A stretch of DNA of 64,000 nucleotides, taken from NCBI GenBank assembly GCA_964016885.1, contig OZ024746.1, positions 38,874,001-38,938,000 of the forward strand, written 5' to 3'. Numbering within the stretch: the stretch's first letter is position 1; every line of letters starts with the position of its first letter. Under the pieces are notes generated by a model. That model was not told where the DNA came from. It did no database searches and saw only the letters and a program-made list of their open reading frames with translations. The DNA is from Eledone cirrhosa (taxonomy: Eukaryota). A program made the position numbers and the translations under genes. This document shows positions 36,830 to 52,400 of this stretch, piece after piece.

Positions 36830-37200
36830 GGGAAGTTACTGGATGGCAATAACTCCTCTACTCTGAACCCATCACCAAGGGCAGTCACTGAAAGACAATG
36901 AGCCCCTGCCCCCACACACATAGGCGTGTTGTCACTGGAGGGCCTCCATCTTCATGGGCCCATCAATAAGGGGAGTCACTGGATGGTAATGACCACTCCT
37001 CTCCCAGGCCTGTCACCAAAAGGAGTCACTGGATGGCAAGGCATTCTCCTGCAGACCCATCCCCAAGGGGAGTCACTGGAGGGCAATGCATTCTCCCCCA
37101 GGCCCATCCCCAAGGGAAGTCACTGGAGAGCAATGCATTCTCCCCCAGGCCCAACACTAATAGGAGGGAATTCACTGGAGGACAATGTCTCCCCACCCTC
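36830..37200. repeat. 47-bp GC-rich minisatellite, ~8 diverged copies
   Basis: GTCACTGG recurs at 37025, 37072 and 37119, with more diverged copies upstream. Confidence 0.85.
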
Positions 37201-38074
37201 CTATGCTTCATTGATGTAAATAGAGTTTACATTTGAGATACATTCTCTCTTTAGCATTCACATTATTTGATATATACTATTATATTTTCGTAGTAAAGGC
37301 TTTACTGCACATAATTATCTCACATAATATCGAATCTATAAGATTTTGAAAGTATTTATTTTGAGAACAATACCTTAACATCAGTTTGACCGACCAGTTA
37401 AAGCCAGTTTCAACAGAAAGAGGTAGAGAATTCTGGTCGGTTTTGGCCGGTTTGAACACTAAAGGGTTAAATTAGATTACCTACCCACCCAAAATATTCT
37501 GTAGCCCTTATCACCTGCCCCACTTCTCTGTTACCAAATAGCAATGGGCCTGAATCATGTTGGTTCGACAAGGGTGAACCTGGAGATAAACAACAAAAAG
37601 TATGTTTTTTTCGGATCAACAACATCACTTAACTTAACCTGTTAGTAATAATAGCTAAATTTTTCTGAAATTATTCATGACCTACTTAGAAATTATCTTA
37701 TCTAGTATTACAGTTGACAATGTACTATTCGATTACATAACGCCCTAAACAAAAAGATGACACAGCCATTGCTGGAATGCTTTCGGTTATTGGACTGAAC
37801 AACCAGGGCTGAAATGGGGCTAAATAAAAACAACATTACACTATAAGGTCAACTTTGCCATTCATCATTGTGAGGTTGATAAAAAAAAATACCTGTCTAG
37901 TACTGGGGTCGATTCTTTCTCTATATCTCTTTCTCACTTCCTCTCTCTCACTTTCTATCCTTCTCTGTATTCCTGCCTGGTGAAGGATGGGCTCTGGCAG
38001 GTTTAAAATGCCCAAGAAATGCTGTATATCAATACAACACTCCTACAACTCCATCAGAAGTTATGGAGCCATAC

Positions 38075-38610
38075 CACACCACCACACTACACTAGTCTAC
38101 ACTGTACTACAATATTTTTTTATGTTATACATGTTTCTAAACTACATTACACTATATGATTCTACATTGTCTACACTACACAACACTATACTACACTACA
38201 CAACACTATACTATACTACACCGTACTATATTACACATGCTATACAGTACTACATGGCACTGTACTACACAACACAATACTACACTACACAACACTATAC
38301 TATACTACACTTCACTGTACTATATTACACATGCTATACAGTACTACATGGCACTGTACTACACTACACAACACTATACTACACTACACAACACTATACT
38401 ACACTGCAATGTACTAAATTACACATGCTATACAGTACTACATGGCACTGTACTACACTACACCATATTACATTACACTATATGATTCTACATTGTCTAC
38501 ACTACACACTACACTGTACTATACTATCCTGCACTGTACTGTACTGCAACATATGCTATACAGTACTACACTGCAGTGTACTATACTACACTGCACTAGA
38601 CTATACACTG
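38075..38610. repeat. degenerate pentanucleotide (CTACA/ATACT) repeat with longer internal duplications
   Basis: Direct reading. Confidence 0.85.
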
Positions 38611-38639
38611 CATTCACATTGTGGCAACAGTTAATCATA

Positions 38640-39132
38640 ATGTTGATGATGAAAATGATGATGATGATGATGTTCATGATAATGGTGATGATGATGGTGA
38701 TGATGATGGTGATAATGATGGTGATGATGATGGTGGTGATGATGATGATGGTGGTGGTGATATTACATCTAAAATACTACTACTATTACCACCAACATCA
38801 ACAACAACAAAACCACCACTACTGCTACCATTGCCTCTGCAGCTACTACCACCACCACCACCACCACCACCATTACAACTACTACTACTACCACCACTAC
38901 TACCACCACCACCACCACTACTACTACTACTACTACCACCACTACCGCTACTACTACCACCACTACCACTACTACTACTACTACTACTACCACAACCACT
39001 ACTACTACTACTACCACCACCACCACTACTACTGCTGCTGCTACTACCACTACTGCTGCTACTACTACTACCACCACTACTACCACCACCACTACCATCA
39101 CCACCACTAATACTACTACCACCACCACCACC

Positions 39133-39171
<39 letters not shown>

Positions 39172-39235
39172 ACAACTGCTGCTACTACTATCACCACCAC
39201 CACTACCACCACCACCTCTACCACCACTAAAACTA
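38640..39235. repeat. compound trinucleotide repeats (GAT, CTA, CCA, CTG)
   Basis: Direct reading. Confidence 0.9.
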
Positions 39236-39329
39236 CCAAAGTGGTTTTCCAAATTATGAAACACCACTTGATCAACTAATTTAAGTGCAAAGATATTGAA
39301 GTATTGGAAACCAGTTACTACTCCCCACT

Positions 39330-42300
39330 AACACCAACAACAGCAGCAACAGCACCAACACCACCAACACTATCAACACCACCAACACCACCACCAACAC
39401 CACCAACACTATCAACAGCACCAACAGCACCACCAACACCACCAACACTATCAACACCACCAACACCACCACCAACACCACCAACACTATCAACAGCACC
39501 AACAGCACCAACACCACCAACACTATCAACACCACCAACACCACCACCAACACCACCAACACTATCAACAGCACCAACAGCACCACCAACACCACCAACA
39601 CTATCAACAACACCAACACCAACACCACCAACACTATCAACAGCACCAACAGCACCACCAACACCACCAACACTATCAACACCACCAACACCACCACCAA
39701 CACCACCAACACCACCAACACCAACACCACCACCAACACTGTCAACAGCACCAACACCACCACCAACACCACCAACACCACCACCAACACCACCAATACT
39801 ATCAACACCACCAACACCACCACCAACACCATCAACACCACCAACACCACCACCAACACCACCAACACTATCAACACCACCACCAACACCACCAACACCA
39901 CCAACACCACCAACACCACCAACACCACCAACACGACCAACACCACCACCAACACCACCAACACTATCAACAGCACCAACACCAACACCACCACCAACAC
40001 CACCAACACCACCACCAACACCACCAACACTATCAACAGCACCAACACCACCACCAACACCACCAACACTATCAACAACACCAACACCACCACCAACACC
40101 ACCAACACTATCAACAACACCAACACCACCACCAACACCACCAACACTATCAACAACACCAACACCACCACCAACACCACCAACACTATCAACAGCACCA
40201 ACACCACCACCAACACCACCAACACTATCAACACCACCAACACCAACACCACCACCAACACCACCAACACCACCACTAACACCACCAACACTATCAACAG
40301 CACCACCAACACCACCAACACTATCAACAACACCAACAGCACCACCAACACCACCAACACTATCAACAACACCAACACCACCACCACCAACACTATCAAC
40401 AGCACCAACACCACCAACACTATCAACAGCACCAACACCACCAACACTATCAACAGCACCAACACCACCAACACTATCAACACCACCAACACCAACACCA
40501 CCACCAACACCACCAACACCACCACTAACACCACCAACACTATCAACAGCACCAACACCACCACCAACACCACCAACACCAACACCACCACCAACACCAC
40601 CAACACCACCACTAACACCACCAACACTATCAACACCACCAACACCACCACTAACACCACCAACACTATCAACACCACCAACACCACCAACACTATCAAC
40701 AACACCAACACCACCACTAACACCACCAACACTATCAACACCACCAACACCACCACTAACACCACCAACACTATCAACACCACCAACACCACCAACACTA
40801 TCAACACCACCAACACCACCACTAACACCACCAACACTATCAACACCACCAACACCACCAACACTATCAACAACACCAACACCACCAACACTATCAACAA
40901 CACCAACACCACCACCACCACCACCAACACTATCAACAGCACCAACACCACCACCACCATCAACACTATCAACAACACCAACACCACCACCAACACCACC
41001 AACACTATCAACAGCACCAACACCACCACCAACACCACCACCAACACCACCACCAACACCACCAACACTATCAACAACACCAACACCACCACCAACACCA
41101 CCAACACTATCAACAGCACCAACACCACCAACACTATCAACAGCACCAACACCACCAACACTATCAACAGTACCAACACCAGCACCACCACCAACACTAT
41201 CAACAATACCAACACCACCACCACCAACACTATCAACAACACCAACACCACCACCAACACCACCAACACTATCAACAACACCAACACCACCACCAACACC
41301 ACCAACACTATCAACAACACCAACACCACCACCAACACCACCAACACTATCAACAGCACCAACACCACCACCAACACCACCAACACTATCAACAGCACCA
41401 ACACCAACATCATCACCAACACCACCAATACTATCAACAGCACCAACACCAACATCACCACCAACACCACCAACACTATCAACAGCACCAACAGTGTTAA
41501 CAGCACCAACACCACCACTAACACCACCAACACCACCACCAACACCACCAACACTATCAACAGCACCAACACCAACATCACCACCAACAGCACCAACAGC
41601 ACCAACACCAACACCACCACCAACACTGTCAACAACACCAACACCACCACCAACACCACCAACACTATCAACAGCACCAACACCAACACCACCAACACTA
41701 TCAACAGCACCAACACCAACACCAACACCAACACCACCAACACTATCAACAGCACCAACACCAACACCACCAACACTATCAACAGCACCAACACCAACAC
41801 AACCACCAACACCACCACCAACACCACCAACACTATCAACAGCACCACCAACACCACCAACACCACCAGCAGCGCCATCATCACCATCAACAGAACCAAC
41901 ACATTCACTAACAACAATATCACCACCACCACAAGCACCAACATCTCAACACCACCAACAGCACCACCAATGCCTCCATCACCCACACCATCACCACCAA
42001 CAGCACCCCCAACGATCCCACCACCAACACCACTACCATCAACACCACCACCAACACCACCACCACTAACACCACCACCACCAACACCACCACTACCATC
42101 AACAGCACCACCAACACCTCCACCACCAACACCACCACCAACGACCCCACCAACGACCCCACCACCAACACCACCAACAACGACCCCACCACCAACACCA
42201 CTACCAACACCACCACCACAACCACCACCATCAACACAACCATTAACAACACTATCACCACTATCACAAACACCATCATCAGCAATACCAACAATAACAT

Positions 42301-42480
42301 TAACACCACCACTACCAACTACAACACCACCACTACCACTCTCAACACCACAAACAACGCTATCACCTTCAATACCACTACCAACACCACCATCAACACT
42401 CTCACCTCTTACACCACTACCATCAATACTATCATTGCCAACATCACTACCAACACTGTCACCTCCACCAACACCACCAT
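39330..42480. repeat. 3.1-kb degenerate (CCA/ACA)n array with recurring ACACTATCAACA
   Basis: Triplets are nearly all CCA, ACA, CTA, TCA or GCA. Confidence 0.9.
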
Positions 42481-42736
42481 TCAATCAATAATTGTTTCTA
42501 CTTTAGGCACAAGGCCAGCAATTACCCAGTACATTACTGGTACTTTATTTTATCGACCCCGTAAGGATGAAAGGCAAAGTTAACCTTGGCGGGATTTGAA
42601 CTCAGATTCAATCAATAATTACTTAAATTTATTGAAGTTGTGATTCACACCTTTCTTCTATGTGTGTCTCTCTCTCCCTCTCTCTCTATCTCTCTCTATA
42701 TATATATCCCTCTCTCAATCTATCTCTATCTCTGTC

Positions 42737-42768
<32 letters not shown>

Positions 42769-44183
42769 CATACAGAGACAAAGAAAGAGAGGAGAAGTGA
42801 AAGAAAGATAGATAGACCAAGTGAATCCTTTGATGTATGGTATCAAGTAAATGAGAGATGAATTTCTTCCCTGGATAGTATATGATTATATTTATATTAA
42901 GGGTGATAGATTAGTCGCAGCGGTAGACTGTTGGAGAACATGCTTTGTGGAATTTAGTTACATCCCTTTACATTCTGAGTTCAAATCCTGCCAATGTTAG
43001 CTTTGCATTTCATACTTACAGGATCATTAAAATAAAGTACCAGTAATTTAATCGACTTTCTCGTTTCCCTTAATTATTTGCCTTGTGCTTAAATCAGAAA
43101 TCATTATATCTGTATCAACACACCAAGATGTTTTGGTATAATTCTTAATGTCCTGTACCAAATGAAACCATATTAATAAGGTTTTCTAGAAAAGTACCAA
43201 ACAGCACTATGGCTGCATCACATTAAACATCTTCACTTTAGTTTCTTGCAAATTTTCACAACAATCTGTCCATTACTAATTATATTATAAACATTGGAAT
43301 TAACAAACTTAGCTTGGTGAACTGAAACAGCCTTCTTTGAAATTCTCTGAAATGACTCCCTAACCTCTTAAATAAAGGTGGATACTTTAGACAATGTAGT
43401 CCTAGAAACATTGTATCTGGCTGCAAACATGACTGAGCAGTTAAGAATTTTGTTTCACAATTGGGATTTTCCAATGGGGATTTTCAATGGGCTACTCAGC
43501 TACTTACATGTAATTCTTCAGCCAAATTAGCATAATACAAATGTGACAAAGATAGACCTTTGAATAACAGATAAAATCCATCTGATGGTCTTCCATATAG
43601 TGTCAGTCTGCCAAACTTCACCTATAAGGCTAAAGTTAATCCAAGGATCTCTAAAAATACCTTGGTGTAGTATTACAGAGCTCACAACTCCTTGTAAAGT
43701 CTGTCTCAACTGAGGTTGTCAAATAAATGAATGAAAAACATTATAGATAAACTTTGTAAAATTCTTTCAGAATAAAGAACACAAAATTTTACTAAATGAA
43801 GCATTTTTGTCATATGAAACAGATTAGTTATACATAAGAATTTGCTATATGAATCATTTTTGTTAAATCTTAATAAAATAATTTCATGTCAGCAGTAGTC
43901 TCACACCATTTAGTTTAATAAGCAACACACCTAAATAGATGAAGAGATCTGTCTGACACAACTAGAGATATGTCAACAAAATACCAAAATAAATAAATAA
44001 TAAAATAATTATTTTTAGTTTAGGCACAAGGCCAGCAATTTGAAGGGGAGGGGGAAAGTTGATTAAATCGACCATAGTACATTACTGGTGCTTTATTTTA
44101 TCGACCCTGTAAAGATGAATGGCAAAGCTAGCCTTGCCAGGATTTTATCTCAGAACGTAAAGGGCTGTAACTCTATGAGTTAA

Positions 44184-44380
44184 CCCTTTAGTTTACTTGA
44201 CTATTATATTTTCATGGTAAAGGCTTTACCTCTTACATAATATAGAATCTACAAGATTTTGATATTATTAATTTTGAGAACAATACCTTAATGTCAGTAT
44301 GAGTGGCCAGTTATGGCCAGTTTAAACAGAAAGAGGTGAGAGAATTCTGGCTGGATATGACCAGTTTAAATGCTAAAGGT
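44184..44380 (+). mobile_element. piggyBac-type MITE P1
   Basis: TTAA-CCCTTTAG start and P1 body. Confidence 0.8.
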
Positions 44381-44789
44381 TTGAAGGAATAATGTCCAGA
44401 GGGCATTTTGACTCATTCCATGCAAAAATGGCTAATGGGTAGTTCTGGGTGCCCAAAGCTCCAGTACAAACAGTGGCGTGATCTAAACCAACCTAAACAA
44501 TGAGTTCTCACTCATCTATAGGTGGAAACCCGAAATGCTTTTGTAAGTATGATTTTAAATATTTTGATTTACGTATTGTTTTTTTACATTGTTATTTATT
44601 TATTTAGTTATTTATTAGGTCTTTATTTTTAGACAAATTAAAAATGAATGTTTGTATAAGACCTGTAGCAAGGTGGTCAGCAGTGAAATAAAAAGGTGTA
44701 TAAAAAATCAGAAGGCGTTTCTGACCCACCTGTTCATTTTTGTATAACTTTGTCTTATTTATCCCACATGCTTCCTGTAACCTTCTTAA

Positions 44790-45010
44790 CTCTTCAGCAT
44801 TCAAACCAGCCATATCCAGCCAGAATTATCTCATCTCTTTCTGTTCAAACTGGCCATAACTGCCTGCTCATACTGATGTTAAGGTATTGTTCTCAAAATA
44901 AATAATATCAAAATATCATAGATTTGATATTATGTGAGATAATTACATGAGATAAAGCCTTTACCATGAAAATACAATAGTAAATATAGAGTAATGTAAA
45001 TGCTAAAGAG
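44790..45010 (-). mobile_element. piggyBac-type MITE P1, inverted
   Basis: TTAA on both sides; reverse-complement P1 body. Confidence 0.85.
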
Positions 45011-45633
45011 TTAAATACTTTTTGTTAATGTGAATTAGTCACAACACAGCTTTTAGAATAGGTGTGCCATAAGAGGTGACTAAAGGTCTTGGCATCAGAA
45101 AGGGCATCTGGCTATAAAATATTATTTCAAAACATCCCATCCAAGCTATGCCAGCATGGAAAAGTGGGCATAAAAACGATGATGAGGATGATGATGATGA
45201 TGTTCACATATTAAATAGCAATACACATTCAAGTCTTTTATTCTGATTCAATCTTAAACAGTTTATCTATGATATTAACATGGACAAAAAGTTGAATTGT
45301 TGGAATGCATTGCTAATAAATAACATGTTATTGAGATTGGTGAGAGGAGGAGGGCAGTGCCCACAATCAGTGGCATAGCAAGGGTTCTCAAGAAGGGTTG
45401 GGGGTGACAGAGAGAAAGTGAAAAAGAGCTGTAGAGGAAGAATGGCATCAGTACTGGATTGGTACTTTTTTAATGACCTCAAAAGAATGAAAGGCAAAGT
45501 TGAGCTGAGAGCACAGTCGGAAAAAATACAAAGCAATATCATCATCACCGTTCTACGTCCGTTCTTCCATACTAGCAGACCGTGCTGAATAGGACGTAAA
45601 ATGATGATGATGATGATGATGTATATATATATA

Positions 45634-45858
45634 CAGGGTGTCTCAAAAAATGCTTACACACTTTAACAGCAAAAACAAATGCATTAAAATAAATTCTGTT
45701 TTATTGCATTATTTAAATTATGTAAACACTTTTGGGTGTTTACATACAATTGAATTATGTTTGTAGATCATTTTATTTTTGGGGAAAGGCTGTGCATTCT
45801 AATAAATATTGCCTGTACAAGTAATCAAAGTATGTATACATTTTTGGGGGACACCCTG
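45634..45858. mobile_element. Tc1/mariner-type MITE
   Basis: TIRs CAGGGTGTCTCAAAAAATG / CATTTTTGGGGGACACCCTG with TA on each side. Confidence 0.85.
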
Positions 45859-46221
45859 TATATACATACATAGACTTAGCCAATTTTTTCTGGTAACATC
45901 TTACTTTGTCATGGAATGTTTTGTAATCCTTTTCAGAAAAAAAGCAGCATGGAAAGTAGGTTATTGAAACTCAAGTGGTTTTATGTCATTGATCTCAGCC
46001 AAAGATAAATAGTGTCTATGTGTGTATGTGAGTGAAAGGGAGAGATGGGTAGAGAGAAAAGGGCTACTTGAAGGGAGGTTGAAGAAATGTCTGTCGACAA
46101 TAGAGTATAATGTGCTGGTATGTGGATATATATACATGTCCAAATCATGCAAGCATGGAAAAGTGATGTAAAATGGTGGTTATGATACACACACAGGCAC
46201 ACACACACAGGCACACACAGG

Positions 46222-46253
<32 letters not shown>

Positions 46254-46669
46254 CAATATGTGATGACGAAGTTTCACTTTCAAATGATTTTATTGCATAT
46301 CAACAGTTACATATGTTTCACAGATGATTGGCTCAAGGTCTTTAGAGATATGATAGCCCTAACTCCAGTATAGATCTGTTCAACAGACATGTGGACTCAA
46401 TTTTGCTCAAGAACAAACAACCCAGTCAAGGAATTGAACAACACCATGATCATAAGTCCAACACCCTTACCATTATGCCACACACCTCCACTTAATGGTG
46501 TTGTGCCTGTGGAATGCTCAGACACTTGCACCTTAATTTCATGAGCAGACTGCTTCATTGATCAAACAAATGGAGCACTCATCACAACTGATAAAGCTCC
46601 AACAAACTTGCAAATATAATATAAATTCTCTGATTTTAAATTTTAGTAGATCTGTGTGACAGGGAAGCA

Positions 46670-46995
46670 GAGAGAGAGGAGAGAGAGAGAGAGTGTGAGA
46701 CAGAGAGACATACTGAGACATTGTGATAGAGTGAAAGAAAGTGAGAAAGATAGATGTAGAGATAGAGAGATTGTGATAGAGAGAAGTGGAGAATTAGAGA
46801 CAGACAGAGAGAGAAAGAGAGTAAGATAGAGAGATAGAAAGAATTTGAGAGTGAGGAAGAGAGAGAGAGTGAGAGAGGGTGAGACAGAGACATGGCGATA
46901 GACAGTGTGAGAGAGGCAGAGAGACATAGAGATAGAGATAAAGAGAGTGAGAAATAGGGATATAGAGAGACATAGAGATAGAGAAAGTAAGAGAA
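46670..46995. repeat. degenerate (GA)n tract
   Basis: Direct reading. Confidence 0.85.
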
Positions 46996-47145
46996 TATTC
47001 TAATCATAATAACAGAATAACAGTACAGAATAACAGAAACCTAGTTTTAATCCTGGTAGATGCTGCACTTAGGACAGATTCTTTTATTCTTTTACTACAG
47101 CTTTGTTATTTTATTGATTTATTAAAATCAGAAACCATCATTACA

Positions 47146-47860
47146 TGGTTGATAAAATAAAGTACCAATAATAGACTGGGGGTGATTTAATCAACTTTAC
47201 TTTCCAGCAAAATTGCTGGCCTTGAGCCTAAATCAGAAACCATTATCATTATTATGTCGATAAAATAAAGGACCAGTAATACCCTGGAGTAATTGCTGGC
47301 ATTTTGCCAAAAGTAGAAGCAATTATTAGAGCATCAGACACAATGCTTCACCGCAGAGAGTTACGGCCCTTTACATTCTGAGTTCAAATCCCAACGAGGT
47401 TAGCTTTGCCTTTCATCCTTATAAGGTCAATAAAATAAAACACCAGTAATACACTGGGGTCAATTTAATTGATTTTCTCTCCCCCAAAAATTGCTGGCCT
47501 TGTGCCTAAATCAGAAACCATGGATTGGCAGTATCGGTAGAGGGTCTGACGCTATGCTTTGAAGCATAGAGTTACCTCCCTTTATGATCTGAGTTCAAAT
47601 CTCGCCGAGGTTAACTTTGCGTTTCATCCTTACGAGGTCGATAAAATAAAGTACCAGTAATGCACTGGGATAATTGCTGGCCTTGTGTCAAAGGTAGAAA
47701 CAATTATTATTATTGTTATTGTTGTTGTTATTATTTAGTGTTGAGTTCAAAACCCGCCGAGGTTAACTTTGCCTTTCATCCTTAAGGGGTCTATAAAATA
47801 AAGTACCAGTAATACACTGGGATAATTGCTGGCCTTGTGCCAAAAGTAGAAACAATTATT
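47146..47860 (+). mobile_element. cluster of ~5 head-to-tail family A SINE copies/fragments
   Basis: Repeated ATAAAATAAAGTACCAGTAAT...GCTGGCCTTGTG...AGAAAC. Confidence 0.85.
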
Positions 47861-48792
47861 TAGTGTTGGCATAATTACTGGGTAAATGAAGCACAAAACC
47901 TGTTTCTAGTTATAATAATGTGCTGTATTAGTTACATTTATATCAATAATGAAAAAAACTTTTGTGTGTGAGTGGGTGTGTATGTGTGTGTGTGTGTGTG
48001 TTTATATCTGTGAGTGTATGTTTGTGTGAGTAAGTAAGTATGAATAAGTATGTGTGTGTGTTTGTGAGTGAGTGTTTGTGTTTATGTGTGTAAGCATTAG
48101 TGAGTGTGTATACATGTGTCTGTGTTTGTGATTTGTGAATGTGTGTCTGTGTGTGTGTGAATAAGTGTGAGTGAATATGTTTAATGTAGCCTGGCAAAAG
48201 GATTAACACATATATCTATTTATTACTGATTCAACCAGATTCAGCTATTGTTAATTAAAAAAAAGCATTTTGGTATTTAGTTACATCCTTTTACATTCTG
48301 GGTTCAAATCCTCCAGCAGTGGTTGACTTTACTTTCTATCTTTCCAGAGTTGATAAAATAAGTACCAGTTATCAACTGGTGTCTATTTATTTGGTTGCTA
48401 TTTCTCGTAGTCTGTGTGACTGTCGTGAGCAGAGATAAGGAACCCTTTTTTAGTACTGGAGGGCAGATGTGGGGTATTGCATGCACATCAGCATTTGTAG
48501 TGGTGCATTCCATCATTATCCTCACCCCCACCTCCACCATCACCATCATCGTCATCATCATCATCATCATCAGCATCATCGTCATCACCATTGCCTTCCC
48601 GTACTAGCAAGAGTTAGACAAGACATCTTGAGGCAGTATTTTAAGGTTGGATCCTTTTCCTGTCACTAACCCCTTTACTTGCTTCTTATGACATACAGGA
48701 ATATATTGTACCTATTCTAATAACAGGGATAAACATATGTACACAATTGAGCTGAGACAATAAGGAATCTTTCATTTTAAAATATGTATAAT

Positions 48793-49016
48793 TAACACTT
48801 TAGTATTTACATTACTCTATATATACTATTATATGTTCATGGTAATGGCTTTACCTCACGTAATTATCTCACATAATATCGAATCTATGAGATTTTGATA
48901 TTTATTTTGAGAACAATACTTTAAAGTTGGTATGACGAGCCAGTTATGGCCAGTTTGAATAGAAAGAAGTAAGATAATTCTGGCCGGATATGGTCAGTTT
49001 AAATGCTAAAGGGTTA
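48793..49016 (+). mobile_element. piggyBac-type MITE P1
   Basis: TTAA ... TAAATGCTAAAGGG-TTAA. Confidence 0.8.
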
Positions 49017-49474
49017 AACATATCAATATATATGTATCCATACTCATATATATACATACACAATATATATATATATATATAGGGAGAGAGTTGCAGGTAT
49101 TTATCTATATAAATATATATATATATATATGAGTCCCTGGTTCAATTGGGGCTGTTTGTATGTTTGTGTGTCTATAGGTACTTGAATGTGAATGTGAACC
49201 TTGTTTTTAATTTGTGTCAGTGTGTTAATGTGTATATTTCTAAAAATATTTTTTTTAAAGAATCCCTCTTCTTTAAAATCCCTAGGCAAATAACCTCTAC
49301 TCATCCTCAAAACCAGCACCTTCCCCAACCACCAGAAAAAATATAAATACCACCATATTACAATAGTAGTTGTAGAAGTAATTTCTATATTAAATTTTAT
49401 ATATATATATATATATTATTGAGTAAAATGACAGGAGGCTGGACTGGTGAAATTCCTTCAAAGATTTATTTTAG

Positions 49475-52400
49475 CAAACACTATATACATTTAAGTGACC
49501 AAGTTATGTAAGATCCAGGTGTCAACATATGTCAAACACTATATACATTTCAGTGACCAAGTTATGTAAGATCCTGGTGTCAACATATGTCAAACACTAT
49601 ATACATTTAAGTGACCAAGTTATGTAAGATCCAGGTGTCAACATATGTCAAACACTATATACATTTCAGTGACCAAGTTATGTAAGCTCCTGGTGTCAAC
49701 ATATGTCAAACACTATATACATTTAAGTGACCAAGTTATGTAAGATCCTGGTGTCAACATATGTCAAACACTATATACATTTAAGTGACCAAGTTATGTA
49801 AGCTCCTGGTGTCAACATATGTCAAACACTATATACATTTCAGTGACCAAGTTATGTAAGCTCCTGGTGTCAACATATGTCAAACACTATATACATTTAA
49901 GTGACCAAGTTATGTAAGATCCTGGTGTCAACATATGTCAAATACTATATACATTTCAGTGACCAAGTTATGTAAGATCCTGGTGTCAACATATGTCAAA
50001 CACTATGTACATTTCAGTGACCAAGTTATGTAAGCTCCTGGTGTAAACATATGTCAAACACTATATACATTTCAGTGACCAAGTTATGTAAGATCCTGGT
50101 GTCAACATATGTCAAACACTATATACATTTCAGTGACCAAGTTATGTAAGCTCCTGGTGTCAACATATGTCAAACACTATATACATTTCAGTGACCAAGT
50201 TATGTAAGCTCCTGGTGTCAACATATGTCAAACACTATATACATTTCAGTGACCAAGTTATGTAAGCTCCTGGTGTCAACATATGTCAAACACTATATAC
50301 ATTTCAGTGACCAAGTTATGTAAGATCCTGGTGTCAACATATGTCAAACACTATATACATTTCAGTGACCAAGTTATGTAAGATCCTGGTGTCAACATAT
50401 GTCAAACACTATATACATTTCAGTGACCAAGTTATGTAAGATCCTGGTGTCAACATATGTCAAACACTATGTACATTTCAGTGACCAAGTTATGTAAGAT
50501 CATGGTGTCAACATATGTCAAACACTATGTACATTTCAGTGACCAAGTTATGTAAGATCCTGGTGTCAACATATGTCAAACACTATGTACATTTCAGCGA
50601 CCAAGTTATGTAAGATCCTGGTGTCAACATATGTCAAACACTATGTACATTTCAGTGACCAACTTATGTAAGATCCTGGTGTCAACATATGTCAAACACT
50701 ATGTACATTTAAGTGACCAAGTTATGTAAGATCCAGGTGTCAACATATGTCAAACACTATATACATTTCAGTGACCAAGTTATGTAAGAACCTGGTGTCA
50801 ACATATGTCAAACACTATATACATTTCAGTGACCAAGTTATGTAAGATCCTGGTGTCAACATATGTCAAACACTATATACATTTCAGTGACCAAGTTATG
50901 TAAGCTCCTGGTGTCAACATATGTCAAACACTATGTACATTTCAGTGACCAAGTTATGTAAGATCCTGGTGTCAACATATGTCAAACACTATATACATTT
51001 CAGTGACCAAGTTATGTAAGCTCCTGGTGTCAACATATGTCAAACACTATATACATTTCAGTGACCAAGTTATGTAAGATCCTGGTGTCAACATATGTCA
51101 AACACTATATACATTTCAGTGACCAAGTTATGTAAGTTCCTGGTGTCAACATATGTCAAACACTATATACATTTCAGTGACCAAGTTATGTAAGATCCTG
51201 GTGTCAACATATGTCAAACACTATATACATTTCAGTGACCAAGTTATGTAAAATCCTGGTGTCAACATATGTCAAACACTATATACATTTCAGTGACCAA
51301 GTTATGTAAGATCCTGGTGTCAACATATGTCAAACACTATGTACATTTCAGTGACCAAGTTATGTAAGATCATGGTGTCAACATATGTCAAACACTATGT
51401 ACATTTCAGTGACCAAGTTATGTAAGATCCTTGTGTCAACATATGTCAAACACTATGTACATTTCAGTGACCAACTTATGTAAGATCCTGGTGTCAACAT
51501 ATGTCAAACACTATATACATTTCAGTGACCAAGTTATGTAAGATCCTGGTGTCAACATATGTCAAACACTATGTACATTTCAGTGACCAAGTTATGTAAG
51601 ATCCTGGTGTCAACATATGTCAAACACTATATACATTTCAGTGACCAAGTTATGTAAGATCTTGGTGTCAACATATGTCAAACACTATGTACATTTCAGT
51701 GACCAAGTTATGTAAGATCCTGGTGTCAACATATGTCAAACACTATGTACATTTAAGTGACCAAGTTATGTAAGATCCAGGTGTCAACATATGTCAAACA
51801 CTATATACATTTCAGTGACCAAGTTATGTAAGAACCTGGTGTCAACATATGTCAAACACTATATACATTTCAGTGACCAAGTTATGTAAGATCCTGGTGT
51901 CAACATATGTCAAACACTATATACATTTCAGTGACCAAGTTATGTAAGATCCAGGTGTCAACATATGTCAAACACTAAATACATTTCAGTGACCAAGTTA
52001 TGTAAGATCCTGGTGTCAACATATGTCAAACACTAAGTACATTTCAGTGACCAAGTTATGTAAGATCCTGGTGTCAACATATGTCAAACACTATATACAT
52101 TTCAGTGACCAAGTTATGTAAGATCCTGGTGTCAACATATGTCAAACACTATGTACATTTCAGTGACCAAGTTATGTAAGATCCAGGTGTCAACATATGT
52201 CAAACACTATGTACATTTCAGTGACCAAGTTATGTAAGATCTGGTGTCAACATATGTCAAACACTATATACATTTCAGTGACCAAGTTATGTAAGAACCT
52301 GGTGTCAACATATGTCAAACACTATATACATTTCAGTGACCAAGTTATGTAAGATCCTGGTGTCAACATATGTCAAACACTATGTACATTTCAGTGACCA

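Noticed and set aside
39281-42484. 1067-aa V/L-rich and 921-aa P/T-rich ORFs as genes
   Set aside because: Stop-free frames are expected from the triplet composition. There is no synonymous variation, credible start or splice evidence.
43280-43720. Decayed piggyBac transposase
   Set aside because: Only faint motif hints amid many stops; not supportable without a search.
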